Shown one piece after another: positions 29,752 through 39,960 of a stretch of 47,251 bases of DNA (within the stretch, counting starts at the first letter, position 1; each line of letters starts with the position of its first letter). Under the pieces are notes generated by a model that saw only the letters and a program-made list of their open reading frames with translations, made no database searches and was not told the DNA's origin. This stretch comes from Acetatifactor sp. (GTDB lineage Bacteria > Bacillota > Clostridia > Lachnospirales > Lachnospiraceae). The position numbers and the translations under genes were made by a program. The stretch lies in assembly GCA_045532445.1 (NCBI GenBank), contig JAZSFW010000047.1, forward strand, positions 1 through 47,251, read 5' to 3'.

Positions 29752-29915
29752 ACTTTTTTGGCCTGGGAAGTGATCTTGTCAAAAATTGATTCCACAAGCT
29801 CTGTAATCTGTGACTTGAAAATAATCACAATCCCTACCAATACTACGATGATCAAAATGATCTCTACCGTCCCCATACCATCTTCTTCCTTCCAAAAGTC
29901 CTTCCATTTTTTCAT
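29748..29915 (-). CDS. flp: Flp1 family type IVb/c major pilin
   Basis: FWKEEDG-MGTVEIILIIVVLVGIVIIFK cleavage motif with E+5. Confidence 0.9.
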   Translation of the reverse strand: MKKWKDFWKEEDGMGTVEIILIIVVLVGIVIIFKSQITELVESIFDKITSQAKKV

Positions 29916-29931
29916 ATTTTCTCCTCCGCAT

Positions 29932-31374
29932 TCAAAACGTTCCAAATGCCGGAATCATGATCATTACCATGACAATTCCAAGCATCATAACCATCGGTAC
30001 CAAAAGTTTTGTGGAAGCCTCTTCTCCTAACTTCCTGCTTTGCTGAATCTGCTCTTTCATCGAGGCAGACGCCTCCTCTGCCAATCTGCTTTGGAGATCA
30101 CTGCCTCCTTTCACCACATACTGCGCCAGAAGTGCCCCCAATCTCACATATTCCTGAGATCCACAACGGATTCCTAACCGTTCATATACCTTTGTCTCTT
30201 CGTTTCCCAAGCTCAATTCCCTGCAAACACAAAGAATTTCCTCATAGGCAGGATGCTCCCCCTTTCCAGCTTGCTTCTGACAAAGATACGCTTCTGCCAT
30301 TTGCCCCAAAGCCCCTCTTACCGTGAGCCCGGCCCCCAGGTATAACTCCAGTTTATGAACAATCCCCGGATAGGCATCCTTTAACAACTTCTGCCTTTTT
30401 TTCAACTGCGCCTCCAGATCTCTGTCCTTTAGAAAAAAAAGCATTGCACTGGCCGTTAAAGCCAGAATCCACAACGTAACACCATGATTTTCCACTTTCT
30501 CCTTCCATTTGATTTCTTTGTCCTGCCACATAGCAGGAAGCTGCATATCCTTTTGCTGTCGACTGGCACTCTCCTGCATTTCTAATAGCTGCGCAAGCTC
30601 CTGATGCAGCAATTCTTCATCCTCTGTCCGGGATATTACTTTGATGTCTACCGTATGCACCCACTCCCATTCGTAATATACCACCTTGGCCGTAAGTGCC
30701 ACCTTCTCTTCCTCCCCACGGGAAAGCAGTTTTACATTTCCCTCATTATCTATAACAGAAGGGCTGTCACTGATCCATTCAACAACAAATGGATAGCCCC
30801 CGAGCCTTTCCTGCAAAAGCAGATCTGTGCACACCAAATCCCATGACAGATTATCCAGTAGGGCCTCCTCCTTTAATTTCTCCCAAAATTCCTGCTCCAA
30901 CTGATCTACTGTCTCCTTATCGGGAACCATCCCGCTTATGTCTAATTGAAAAATCTGTTCCGGATATCCTTCTACTTCAGCCTCCAATACCATTTCCCGA
31001 TCCGGATCCTTGTAACTTCCTCTCTCTACAGTCCTTTCATCTTGAAGCAGCCTTTTGCTCTCACCCTGAAGAAAGACCATCACCCCCAACACAGTCCCTA
31101 CAAAAATCACTGTGAGCACAAGGCTCCATTTTTCTACATAATATTGTGTCAGTAAATACTTGACTTCTTTTCCCGGATGTAACTTTTCAAGATTTGTAAC
31201 AATTTTTCCCCGAAGGATATTTCCTTCCGGAATACCTGAAACGCTTTCATAAATCCACGCTGCCATACGTAAGATAGGGCGGATCCCCTTTCCCTCAACC
31301 GTTTTTTTTCTTGAAACCGCCCAAAGTATTGCAAAGCACAGCAGTGTAACCGATGCTATCACATACATATACAC
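29932..31374 (-). CDS. tadC: TadC-like (T2SSF) pilus platform protein with an extracellular insert
   Basis: LYLGAGLTV, GEEASTKLLVPMVMML. Confidence 0.8.
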   Translation of the reverse strand: MYMYVIASVTLLCFAILWAVSRKKTVEGKGIRPILRMAAWIYESVSGIPEGNILRGKIVTNLEKLHPGKEVKYLLTQYYVEKWSLVLTVIFVGTVLGVMVFLQGESKRLLQDERTVERGSYKDPDREMVLEAEVEGYPEQIFQLDISGMVPDKETVDQLEQEFWEKLKEEALLDNLSWDLVCTDLLLQERLGGYPFVVEWISDSPSVIDNEGNVKLLSRGEEEKVALTAKVVYYEWEWVHTVDIKVISRTEDEELLHQELAQLLEMQESASRQQKDMQLPAMWQDKEIKWKEKVENHGVTLWILALTASAMLFFLKDRDLEAQLKKRQKLLKDAYPGIVHKLELYLGAGLTVRGALGQMAEAYLCQKQAGKGEHPAYEEILCVCRELSLGNEETKVYERLGIRCGSQEYVRLGALLAQYVVKGGSDLQSRLAEEASASMKEQIQQSRKLGEEASTKLLVPMVMMLGIVMVMIMIPAFGTF

Positions 31375-31377
31375 CTC

Positions 31378-32175
31378 CTACTCCCATATCCTCGCCGTCT
31401 TGGTAATTATGGCATCAGACAAATAGCAGCCCGCAAGATACACCGCAAGACACACAGTCATGATGACAGTCCCTGACAGATTATGATAAAGCACATCAAA
31501 ATATCCTTTGGAGCTGATGCTGATGTAGGTCAGAATCGCAAAGGGCATTCCCTTCATAATATTCTGCTCCATTCTGCGCCCGGATGTCTGTATCATGATC
31601 TCTTCCCTGGTATCCACCTGTCGGTGTATCAAATCAGAAAAAGAGCTTATAACTTCCACCATGCTTCCGCCGTTTTTTTTGGCTATAGCAAACACTGCAG
31701 CAAATTCCTGCACCTGCTCTAAGGCGCTTCGCTTTGCCAAATCCTCCAACAGCTCCTCCACCGTCAGATTAAGAACCAGCCCTCTTTGGATCAGCTCAAG
31801 CTCTTGGCAGATTATGGCACTTTTCCCATGCATCCTGCACATATCTTCATAGCTTTCAACAAAGGCATTTTCCACACTGTAACCTGCACGCATGGCTGCT
31901 GCCACAGAACGTATCATATCCCTAAACTGTAGCAATAGCCTGTGCCTGTCCTTCTGCGCCTTTCGTCTGGAAACTGTTTGCCAGTACCAGACGCCGATCC
32001 CACACAGAGGAATGACTGCCCAAAGACTTCTGTAAAAAAATACGCTTAACACAAGTACGATCACGGCGCTTTTCAATCCCTCAATTACCATCTCCTTTCG
32101 ACTCCACTTATAACTGCTATAATCCCGCTTCTCTCTCTTCTCTGCCAAATCCTGCTCTCTTAAGCTTCTCATCAT
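31378..32175 (-). CDS. tadB: TadB-like (T2SSF) pilus platform protein
   Basis: MRAGYSVENAF, AKKNGG; TM helices; follows the ATPase. Confidence 0.82.
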   Translation of the reverse strand: MMRSLREQDLAEKREKRDYSSYKWSRKEMVIEGLKSAVIVLVLSVFFYRSLWAVIPLCGIGVWYWQTVSRRKAQKDRHRLLLQFRDMIRSVAAAMRAGYSVENAFVESYEDMCRMHGKSAIICQELELIQRGLVLNLTVEELLEDLAKRSALEQVQEFAAVFAIAKKNGGSMVEVISSFSDLIHRQVDTREEIMIQTSGRRMEQNIMKGMPFAILTYISISSKGYFDVLYHNLSGTVIMTVCLAVYLAGCYLSDAIITKTARIWE

Positions 32176-33361
32176 GCATTAGTTCACCCTCTTTCTGAAG
32201 CAAGCCTTTCACATTACCCTCTTCGTCCTGTCCACCCTCCTGAAACCGATATAAGGGATTCAGACAATATTTTCCGCCTTCACATCCTGCCACCTCCAAA
32301 ATTTCCAATATCCTGCGGGAACCATCCCTAAACCTGGACAAATGTATGATGATGTCAATCCCCGCCGCGATCTGACTTCGTATAGCCTGCAGTGGGATCT
32401 CCATCCCCATTAATATCATATTTTCCAAGCGGGCCAGCATATCAACAGCGCTGTTGGCGTGCCCGGTGCTCATACTTCCCTCATGCCCTGTATTCATGGC
32501 CTGTATCATGTCTACCGCCTCCGGTCCCCTCACCTCACCCACAATGATTCTGTCCGGTCTCATGCGCAGAGATGTCCGGATCAGATCCCGGATCGTTATC
32601 TCCCGGCAGCCCTCTGCCGTATTGCTGCGAGCCTCCAGACGCACCAGATTGCGGATTCCCTGCAGCTGCAGCTCTGCGTTATCTTCAATGGTAATCACTC
32701 TCTCTGCAACCGGAATATAGCCTGACAATACATTCAGCAGTGTGGTCTTACCGCTCCCTGTCCCCCCGCTGATAAAAATATTGTATTTTGCCTGCACCAG
32801 CTTTCTCAAAAAAACCGCCGCCTCTCTGCTGATCGATTGTCTGCGCTCCAGCTCCTCCATAGTAATGGCCTTCCGGGGAAATCTTCTGATCGTCACAGCC
32901 GGACCGTTTAAAGCCACCGGATTCATTACGACATTCACCCTGGCCCCATCACTTAATCTGGCATCCACAATTGGGAAAGCCTCGTTAACCGTTCTGTTAC
33001 AGCCCGCCACAATTTGCTGAATCACATTTTGCAGCTTTTCCAAGGACTCAAACCGCATATCAAGCTCCTTAAGTCTCCCCTCCCTCTCCACAAATATAGG
33101 CTCTGTCCCATTGATCATGATCTCTGTGATAGACGGATCTTCCACAAAGAGCTGTAAAATATCCAATCTGCGCAGAGAGTCAAACAACTCCTTTCTGATC
33201 CGCTGTCTCGCATGTACAGAACACAGCTGAACAGCCTCTTCCTGCAGCATCACTTCATCAATGATATCCTCCACCTCCCGGTCAGACATTTCCCGGCCAT
33301 AATCAACTCTGCCCAATACCTTTTCCCGCAGTTTCATTTTCCAGTCTAAGGCTTGCCGCAT
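32117..33361 (-). CDS. cpaF: CpaF/TadA pilus assembly ATPase
   Basis: GGTGSGKTT, TIEDNAEL, LRMRPDRIIVGEVRG, AMNTGHEG. Confidence 0.95.
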   Translation of the reverse strand: MRQALDWKMKLREKVLGRVDYGREMSDREVEDIIDEVMLQEEAVQLCSVHARQRIRKELFDSLRRLDILQLFVEDPSITEIMINGTEPIFVEREGRLKELDMRFESLEKLQNVIQQIVAGCNRTVNEAFPIVDARLSDGARVNVVMNPVALNGPAVTIRRFPRKAITMEELERRQSISREAAVFLRKLVQAKYNIFISGGTGSGKTTLLNVLSGYIPVAERVITIEDNAELQLQGIRNLVRLEARSNTAEGCREITIRDLIRTSLRMRPDRIIVGEVRGPEAVDMIQAMNTGHEGSMSTGHANSAVDMLARLENMILMGMEIPLQAIRSQIAAGIDIIIHLSRFRDGSRRILEILEVAGCEGGKYCLNPLYRFQEGGQDEEGNVKGLLQKEGELMHDEKLKRAGFGREEREAGL

Positions 33362-34355
33362 AGGTCACCTCCCCCATAATCCTCTTAACATAATCTGCCA
33401 TCTCTCCCTTGGTCAGCAGCTCGATCTCATCCGGTATCTTTCGGAACCTGGGCAGACAATAACGGCTGGTCTTCTTCAACACCTCGTCACATTCTGCCAT
33501 TTCCAGCAGCCTCTCATACTGTGCCAGCTTTCCCCTGGCGCTTCTGCCATCCTTTGTCAAGGTATAGATCTTGTCACAGACCCGCAATAACTCCAAAAGC
33601 CCCCGGACACTTTCGCTGAGATCTAAAATAATATACTTATATTCACCGGACCGGGCAATCCTTGTAAGAAGCTCAATCCACTCTTCTTCCCTTACCTCTA
33701 AAAGCGTCATTCCTGCCTTTACAGGGGGGATATAATCCATACGCCCCTTTTTCTGTACAATGGTCTGCATCCGTAGGAGCAGCCGATCCTTGTCCGTATT
33801 CAAAAAATAGATCAGATCCGAAATATCTCTGGTTCTCATATCCGGCAAAAGCTCCGCGTTTCCTGCACAATACTCGAAATTTAAGTATAAGGTTTTGTAC
33901 TTCTGGGAAAGCATCTGCCCCATGGTCAAGGCAAAGGTTGTCTGCAGCGACTGGCGTATGGGCGAAAAAAAACCAATCAGCCGGGTATCGCTTTCTGTTG
34001 CCAGCCTTGGAAGCGGATGCCCTGCCATCTCCATATACTCCCCAAGTATTTCTTTATAAACCTCTTCTGCCGCCTGATACTTATTCACATTGCGGATGTG
34101 CTCCCAGCGGATCACACCGCTTTCATTCAAAAGAATCGTACTTTCTGCAGCAAGATCCCGTACTTTTTGTGTGTAAGCATTCTCTGCCACCACCAAAATG
34201 TCGATATGAATGTTCTTTGCAAAGGAGATCATCTCCTCCACATCTGTATATGTATAAATGTCCAACGGAGCTTCCCTGTGGGCCTTTAAGTATTCTGTCA
34301 TATGCTGTGCATATTCCTCTTCCGTATCACATAATACTAAAATATTACCGCTCAA
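33303..34355 (-). CDS. CpaE/TadZ-like protein (receiver-like domain plus degenerate ParA domain)
   Basis: LVLCDTEEEYA N-domain, KYQ linker, degenerate P-loop FSPIRQSLQTT, LYLNFE, YIILD. Confidence 0.72.
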   Translation of the reverse strand: MSGNILVLCDTEEEYAQHMTEYLKAHREAPLDIYTYTDVEEMISFAKNIHIDILVVAENAYTQKVRDLAAESTILLNESGVIRWEHIRNVNKYQAAEEVYKEILGEYMEMAGHPLPRLATESDTRLIGFFSPIRQSLQTTFALTMGQMLSQKYKTLYLNFEYCAGNAELLPDMRTRDISDLIYFLNTDKDRLLLRMQTIVQKKGRMDYIPPVKAGMTLLEVREEEWIELLTRIARSGEYKYIILDLSESVRGLLELLRVCDKIYTLTKDGRSARGKLAQYERLLEMAECDEVLKKTSRYCLPRFRKIPDEIELLTKGEMADYVKRIMGEVTYAASLRLENETAGKGIGQS

Positions 34356-34861
34356 TAAATACCTCCTATATGCAGCAGCAAACTTAGAAAGATCGGACCT
34401 GCCATACAGATGCCGGCCTTTTTAGCCTCTGCAGCATCACTGAAATACAGCTTCCAATGACCGGTGCGTCCAATCTGTGCCAAATAAGAACACAAGTACC
34501 CGAAACGTTCTCTGGCGCTGCCTTCTTTTATTAGTTTAAAAATGGAAAATATTGCTGCAAACAGCAAAGAAATCATAAGAAAACAGAATAAATCCTGTTT
34601 TGACAGGTATCCGACGGTAACGGAGTACAGTTTTACATCTCCGGCACCCAGGGCACCTATTTTGAATAAAGGATATAATAATAACAACACGAAAACAAAA
34701 TTGAAAAGATACGCCGTCAGTCCACTTCCACCGGCATCCCAATAACGATACCCTATTCCATACAGAAAGATCAGTATCATCATCCCATTCGGGATCCGGC
34801 TTCTTTGGTAATCCATTAAGCAGACTGCCGACAGCAAAAAACACAATACTGCCATACTCAT
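34352..34861 (-). CDS. Prepilin peptidase CpaA/TadV (A24)
   Basis: MDYQRSRIPN, LGAGDVKL. Confidence 0.87.
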   Translation of the reverse strand: MSMAVLCFLLSAVCLMDYQRSRIPNGMMILIFLYGIGYRYWDAGGSGLTAYLFNFVFVLLLLYPLFKIGALGAGDVKLYSVTVGYLSKQDLFCFLMISLLFAAIFSIFKLIKEGSARERFGYLCSYLAQIGRTGHWKLYFSDAAEAKKAGICMAGPIFLSLLLHIGGIY

Positions 34862-35003
34862 CTCCTTATTCTCTCACACTTCTTTTGGATATCCGGGAAG
34901 AAATATGTCCCACAGAGTGCATGATATGCTGCCTCGGCCAAAAGCAGCAGCATGCTTTTTGAAATGTCACTTCAGAACACTCGAATGTATTGTAGTAAAA
35001 TGC

Positions 35004-35032
35004 ATTATAATCTTTCTCTTTCACTTTGTCCA
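35004..35032 (-). promoter_or_regulatory. Probable SigA promoter of the Tad operon
   Basis: TGGACA-17bp-TATAAT on the - strand. Confidence 0.6.
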
Positions 35033-35068
35033 GTGCATTTTACCAAGAAATTTAATTTTGTTAAATTT

Positions 35069-35341
35069 CTACAAAACTTTATAAAAACCGATCCCATAAA
35101 GGGCTGCAACCCCAGGAAATCCAAGGATTGCGGATGTCAAAACAGTCACTGCATTGATGCCTACACAAGGTGCAATGCCCTGTTTATTTAAAAAAGAATT
35201 GATAAAAAAAATAGCAATAGCGCCCAACACACCCCGTACACATAGGTTCAAAAGCCATTCTGCCTTTACTTTCACAGCCACCATTACCAATAAGACTCCT
35301 CCTATTGCCGCACCGATCATAATCCCTGTTATATGATCCAT
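35069..35341 (-). CDS. bofA: Pro-sigmaK processing inhibitor BofA family protein
   Basis: VGINAVTVLTSAILGFPGV motif; hydrophobic 90 aa; next to yaaL. Confidence 0.85.
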   Translation of the reverse strand: MDHITGIMIGAAIGGVLLVMVAVKVKAEWLLNLCVRGVLGAIAIFFINSFLNKQGIAPCVGINAVTVLTSAILGFPGVAALYGIGFYKVL

Positions 35342-35489
35342 ATTGCACCTTCATCTCTTTCAATCTCTTGATAATATTTATGCCCCGCTCCTGATTTATA
35401 TAACAATTAACATATCTGGAATATTTTACAATTAATTTGTCTATAATTCTAGTAACAAAGCTATAAATTTTTACAAGTGAGGTTTGTTT

Positions 35490-35780
35490 ATGAAAATATT
35501 TTTCAGCCAAAGCTATAAAGCCAGTCAGGCTTCAGAAGAAAATTTTACCCCTCCTACCATCAGAGAAGACATTGAAAAAACCCGCATAGCACTGGAAATT
35601 GCTTATGCAGGCTTTGATAACGCCACAGACGAAGACATGATCGACTGCTATATTTATGAAATTAACGCACTTTTGAAACGATACAAGCATTTGTCAGCAC
35701 TGGCTGCCAAGGAGCCGCAGCCTGCCCTTCAGACTGCTTCTTCTCCTTTTAAAACACTGGCAGCGCATGTCCTCGGATAA
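35490..35780 (+). CDS. YaaL / DUF2508 family protein
   Basis: FDNATDEDMIDCYIYEINALLKRY. Confidence 0.85.
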   Translation: MKIFFSQSYKASQASEENFTPPTIREDIEKTRIALEIAYAGFDNATDEDMIDCYIYEINALLKRYKHLSALAAKEPQPALQTASSPFKTLAAHVLG

Positions 35781-35800
35781 ACGCTTCGGCTGGATGTACC

Positions 35801-37702
35801 TTAAAACTCGTACACACAGGCTGCATATGGCGGCAGGTCCATACAAATGCGGAATTGCCCATACTCATGATCCCAGAAAGCATCCAGTTCTGAAGAAACC
35901 CAGCTGCCATTGCCGCCAAAACGTGACTCATCACTGTTTAACCTCAGCCGATACTTTCCTTCGTGAGGCACCTTCACTTTATAATTCTCCCATCTTACAG
36001 GGGTCATATTCAGCACAAACAATAAACTGGGATGCCCGGAAGATGATCTTCTTACAAAGGAATAGGTACTGTGGTCTGCATCATCCGCATTCATCCATTC
36101 AAATCCACTCCAATCAGTATCAAGCTCATACATACAAGGATATTCACGATATAACTGAAGCAATTCCCCTACATATGCCTGCAATCCTCTGCTGTGAGGA
36201 TTTTCCAACTGATACCAGTCCAGAGATCTTTCTTCGCTCCACTCTCTCTCCTGACCAAAATCCTGACCCATAAACAAGAGCTTTTTGCCACTGTGACCAA
36301 ACATATAGGTATAACCTACTCTGAGATTGGCATACTTATCTGACGGATAACCGGGCATTTTATTGAGCATGGAGCACTTTAAGTGCACCACCTCATCATG
36401 AGACAGGGGCAGAATATAACTTTCACTATCATTATAACTCATGGCAAAGGTAAGCGCATTGTGATTTCCCTTGCGGAAAATGGGATCCAGCTTCATATAC
36501 TCGCAAAAATCATTCATCCACCCCATATTCCACTTAAATGTAAAGCCCAGGCTGCCATCTTCCACTCTTCCGGTTACTTTAGGCCATGCGGTAGATTCCT
36601 CTGCAATGGTCATCACACCGGTTCCCAACCCATGTACGACAGAGTTTAAATGTCGCATAAACTCTATTGCTTCCAGATTCTCGTTTCCGCCATACTTGTT
36701 GGGACACCACTGCCCATCCTTTTTGCCGTAATCAAGATAAAGCATGGAAGCCACCGCGTCCACACGGATACCGTCTATATGAAATTCCTTCATCCAGAAC
36801 AACGCATTGGCAATCAGGAAATTCTTCACTTCCGTTTTACTATAGTTAAAAATCTTGGTCCCCCAGTCAGGATGCTCACCCAATCTCGTATCCGGATGCT
36901 CATAGATACAAGTTCCGTCAAACTCAGCCAGTCCATGGGCATCTCTTGCAAAATGAGCAGGTACCCAGTCAAGGATCACACCCACCCCTGCCCTATGCAG
37001 TTCATTTACCAGATACATAAAATCCTTAGGTTCACCATACCTTGAGGTGGGTGCATAATAATTGGTCACCTGATATCCCCAGGAACCGTCAAAAGGAAAT
37101 TCTGCAATCCCCATAAGCTCCACATGGGTATATTTCATTTCCTGCAGATAAGCAACTATTTTTTCTGCAAATTCTCTGTAATTGTAAAAACCTGCTGTGG
37201 TGCCATCTTCGTGCTTTAAGAAAGAACCGATGTGACACTCATAAATTGCAAGCGGCTCCTTTCTCATATCCTTACCACCACGATACCACATCCAATCTGC
37301 ATCGCTCCACTCAAAACCGGACAGGTCCGTCACAACAGATGCGGTATCCGGGCGATACTGCGCCTGATTGGCATAAGGATCTGCCTTATACAGCTTCCTT
37401 CCATCCTGCGCTGTAATCAGATACTTATACAACTCTCCTGTGCCGATGCCCGGTACAAAGACCGTCCAGATACCTCCCGCGCCAATCTTTGTCATGGGAT
37501 GAGCATCCTCTTCCCAATGGTTAAAACTTCCTACCACATGCACATTTGCTGCATTGGGCGCCCATACAGCAAAGAACACGCCATCCACACCCTCTTCGCA
37601 GGAAAGGTGTGCACCAAGCTTTTTATAAATTTCATAGTGGGTACCTTGACCAAACAGATATTGGTCCTCTTCAGAAATGTAAATCCTTTCTCTTACTCCC
37701 AC
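35801..37702 (-). CDS. glgB: 1,4-alpha-glucan branching enzyme
   Basis: WAPNA, SWGYQ, DWVPAHF, DGIRVDAVASM, AEEST, SHDEVVH. Confidence 0.96.
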   Translation of the reverse strand: MGVRERIYISEEDQYLFGQGTHYEIYKKLGAHLSCEEGVDGVFFAVWAPNAANVHVVGSFNHWEEDAHPMTKIGAGGIWTVFVPGIGTGELYKYLITAQDGRKLYKADPYANQAQYRPDTASVVTDLSGFEWSDADWMWYRGGKDMRKEPLAIYECHIGSFLKHEDGTTAGFYNYREFAEKIVAYLQEMKYTHVELMGIAEFPFDGSWGYQVTNYYAPTSRYGEPKDFMYLVNELHRAGVGVILDWVPAHFARDAHGLAEFDGTCIYEHPDTRLGEHPDWGTKIFNYSKTEVKNFLIANALFWMKEFHIDGIRVDAVASMLYLDYGKKDGQWCPNKYGGNENLEAIEFMRHLNSVVHGLGTGVMTIAEESTAWPKVTGRVEDGSLGFTFKWNMGWMNDFCEYMKLDPIFRKGNHNALTFAMSYNDSESYILPLSHDEVVHLKCSMLNKMPGYPSDKYANLRVGYTYMFGHSGKKLLFMGQDFGQEREWSEERSLDWYQLENPHSRGLQAYVGELLQLYREYPCMYELDTDWSGFEWMNADDADHSTYSFVRRSSSGHPSLLFVLNMTPVRWENYKVKVPHEGKYRLRLNSDESRFGGNGSWVSSELDAFWDHEYGQFRICMDLPPYAACVYEF

Positions 37703-37717
37703 ACACTTACCTCCTGA

Positions 37718-39796
37718 TTAAAAAAAGTCATTTTCCCGTAAAATGATCATATCCTCTTCATCGTATCTCTTTGCCATTAAAATATCAAAAAAGTGCTTGA
37801 TATTCTTTTTGTTGGCCTGCCTGATGGCTTCATCCACGATCTCTTTGACTTCCATAATCGTCACTGCATGATCGATCGTCTGAAGTTCCTCAATTCTGGT
37901 ATGCAGCGCCAAAACTCCCAGTTCATCAATGGAATACTCCATCTCCCTGGCATACTTCTTACCAAAGGCAACCAAAGCCTCATTGCTCAGGGCTTCCATA
38001 TCCATACGTGCAGGGAAGCATTCCTCCAACATGGCATTCTGTGCAAGGAACTTGTTCATATTCTTCTTGGTATCTTCCATGATTATGATGATTCCCTGTG
38101 ACTCCCTTTGAAGCCTCCTGTACATGGCAGCCGCCGTCTTTTCATTGATTTCAGAAGCCTTTTGGATGATCAGCGCACCGTTTTGCATCTGGTCGACCAA
38201 AACTGCAACATCCTTTTGATTCAGCGCCTGACCGGATATTTTGGCCGTTTTCCCCGAGAAATTACTGTCCGTCATCTGCAGCTCACGGATAATACTTTTG
38301 GCCAGATTCAACGTGTCAACGCCCTCACCACCGGTAAGGATCACATTGCCGGTGTAAGAAGCCATGCTGATCTTGTCCAGCATCGTGATCAGCTTATCCT
38401 TGTCAGAGCGATTCTGGATAAACGAGCCAAAGAGCGCTTTCTCTTCATTGGACAGATTGCGGATGTGAGGTTTCTCAGGCTCTTTTATTTCTTCTTCGAA
38501 CGTCACTTCTGCTTCAGGGAAATTTTCATCCGCCTCATCTGAATCCATTTCCTCTTGTGGCTGTTCCTGTTCTTCTTGCATCTCCTGGTCATCCAGAAGT
38601 TCTTGCTCCTCCTCTAATTCCTCCAGAATTTCTTCTGCTTCAGCAATCTCTTCTGTCTCAGTAAATTCTTCTATCTCGGCAATCTCTTCTGCTTCATCCG
38701 GCATGTCCATGTCGAACTCTGCTTCTTTTTTCAGTCGCTCCCACTCTCTCATCACGTCATCAATGCTCATCTGACCATCGATCTGCGCATCTTCTTCCTT
38801 CACCTCCGGCATCACAAGCCTAATCTGACCATCAGGATCCATTGACAGGGTCTCTTCAAAAGGATTGCTCACCCTGTACTGTGGCTGCTCATAAGCCTCC
38901 TCATCCAGTATCTCCTTTAATCCCTCTGCCAATTCATTTTGCAAATTAATTGTATTATATTGGCTTACGTCCACCATCTTCACGTGAATGTCAAATTCTT
39001 CTGTTTCTGCTTCTACCTGTACGTTCTCCGGTGTTTCCTCAACAGAATCATCCACTTCTTCCTGCTCCATCTCTGCATCCGGACGGAAGATCACTTCCGA
39101 ATCCTCCTCAACCTGAGTCTGCACAGACTGCTCTTCTTCCTGTTCCACGATACTCTCTTTTATTTCCGTTTGCTCATAACGAGGTTCAAAACGATAATCA
39201 TACTTTTGCTGCTGCTCCGGTGTCAGTGTCTGGTGCAGCATCTTAAGCTCCAACGCCTTGATCACATATTTGCCATCACCAAACCACAGGATCAGCTCAT
39301 CACATTCTTCCACACAGCGAGTGGACTGTCCTACCCTATGATACAGATAAGCCAGCTCATACGCCCATTTCTCCCTATAATCCCGTTTCTTTAACTCTTC
39401 CAGAACAGCAATCCGCTCCTCCAGACTCACATCCTGAGCCACATAGAGCTTATACTGTAATATGTATCTGCCCGTATCCTTCGGAGCAATCTGCACATAT
39501 TCCTTATAATACTCTACTGCCTCCACAAACTCTTCCATCTTGATGGACAACTCACACAGAGAATAAACAATAGTCCTTGCTCCCGGATGACGGTCATATG
39601 CCAAAAGCAGCATATCACGCGCATCCTCATATCTTTTGTTTATCTTATACAAATCGCTGACAACACACAACATCATGACACTCTTCACACGACGCCAATC
39701 AATCGTGTCCGCAATCTCCGCAGCCTGCGCATAATCACCTTTTGCAATTAATGACTTGATCTCTTCCGCTCTTACTTTGTACTCAAACTTATCCAA
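37718..39796 (-). CDS. TPR-like protein with acidic linker and C-terminal degenerate P-loop-like domain
   Basis: Helical-repeat N-terminus, E/D-rich middle, GNVILTGGEGVDT. Confidence 0.7.
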   Translation of the reverse strand: MDKFEYKVRAEEIKSLIAKGDYAQAAEIADTIDWRRVKSVMMLCVVSDLYKINKRYEDARDMLLLAYDRHPGARTIVYSLCELSIKMEEFVEAVEYYKEYVQIAPKDTGRYILQYKLYVAQDVSLEERIAVLEELKKRDYREKWAYELAYLYHRVGQSTRCVEECDELILWFGDGKYVIKALELKMLHQTLTPEQQQKYDYRFEPRYEQTEIKESIVEQEEEQSVQTQVEEDSEVIFRPDAEMEQEEVDDSVEETPENVQVEAETEEFDIHVKMVDVSQYNTINLQNELAEGLKEILDEEAYEQPQYRVSNPFEETLSMDPDGQIRLVMPEVKEEDAQIDGQMSIDDVMREWERLKKEAEFDMDMPDEAEEIAEIEEFTETEEIAEAEEILEELEEEQELLDDQEMQEEQEQPQEEMDSDEADENFPEAEVTFEEEIKEPEKPHIRNLSNEEKALFGSFIQNRSDKDKLITMLDKISMASYTGNVILTGGEGVDTLNLAKSIIRELQMTDSNFSGKTAKISGQALNQKDVAVLVDQMQNGALIIQKASEINEKTAAAMYRRLQRESQGIIIIMEDTKKNMNKFLAQNAMLEECFPARMDMEALSNEALVAFGKKYAREMEYSIDELGVLALHTRIEELQTIDHAVTIMEVKEIVDEAIRQANKKNIKHFFDILMAKRYDEEDMIILRENDFF

Positions 39797-39872
39797 GGTA
39801 CTTCGCTCCCATATCTACCAGTTTTATCCACATTATTGTTCCAAAAAAGTGTACAATTACCCACTCTTTTAT

Positions 39873-39901
39873 AGTGTAACATAGTCCCCTGTATCTGTCA
39901 A
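39873..39901 (-). promoter_or_regulatory. SigA promoter for the TPR protein-glgB unit
   Basis: TTGACA-17bp-TACACT with extended TG on the - strand. Confidence 0.7.
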
Positions 39902-39960
39902 AAGCAATCTGCAAATTTTATAAAATTATGCCCAAGTTTTCAGGTAAGGAAGATTGGTGC

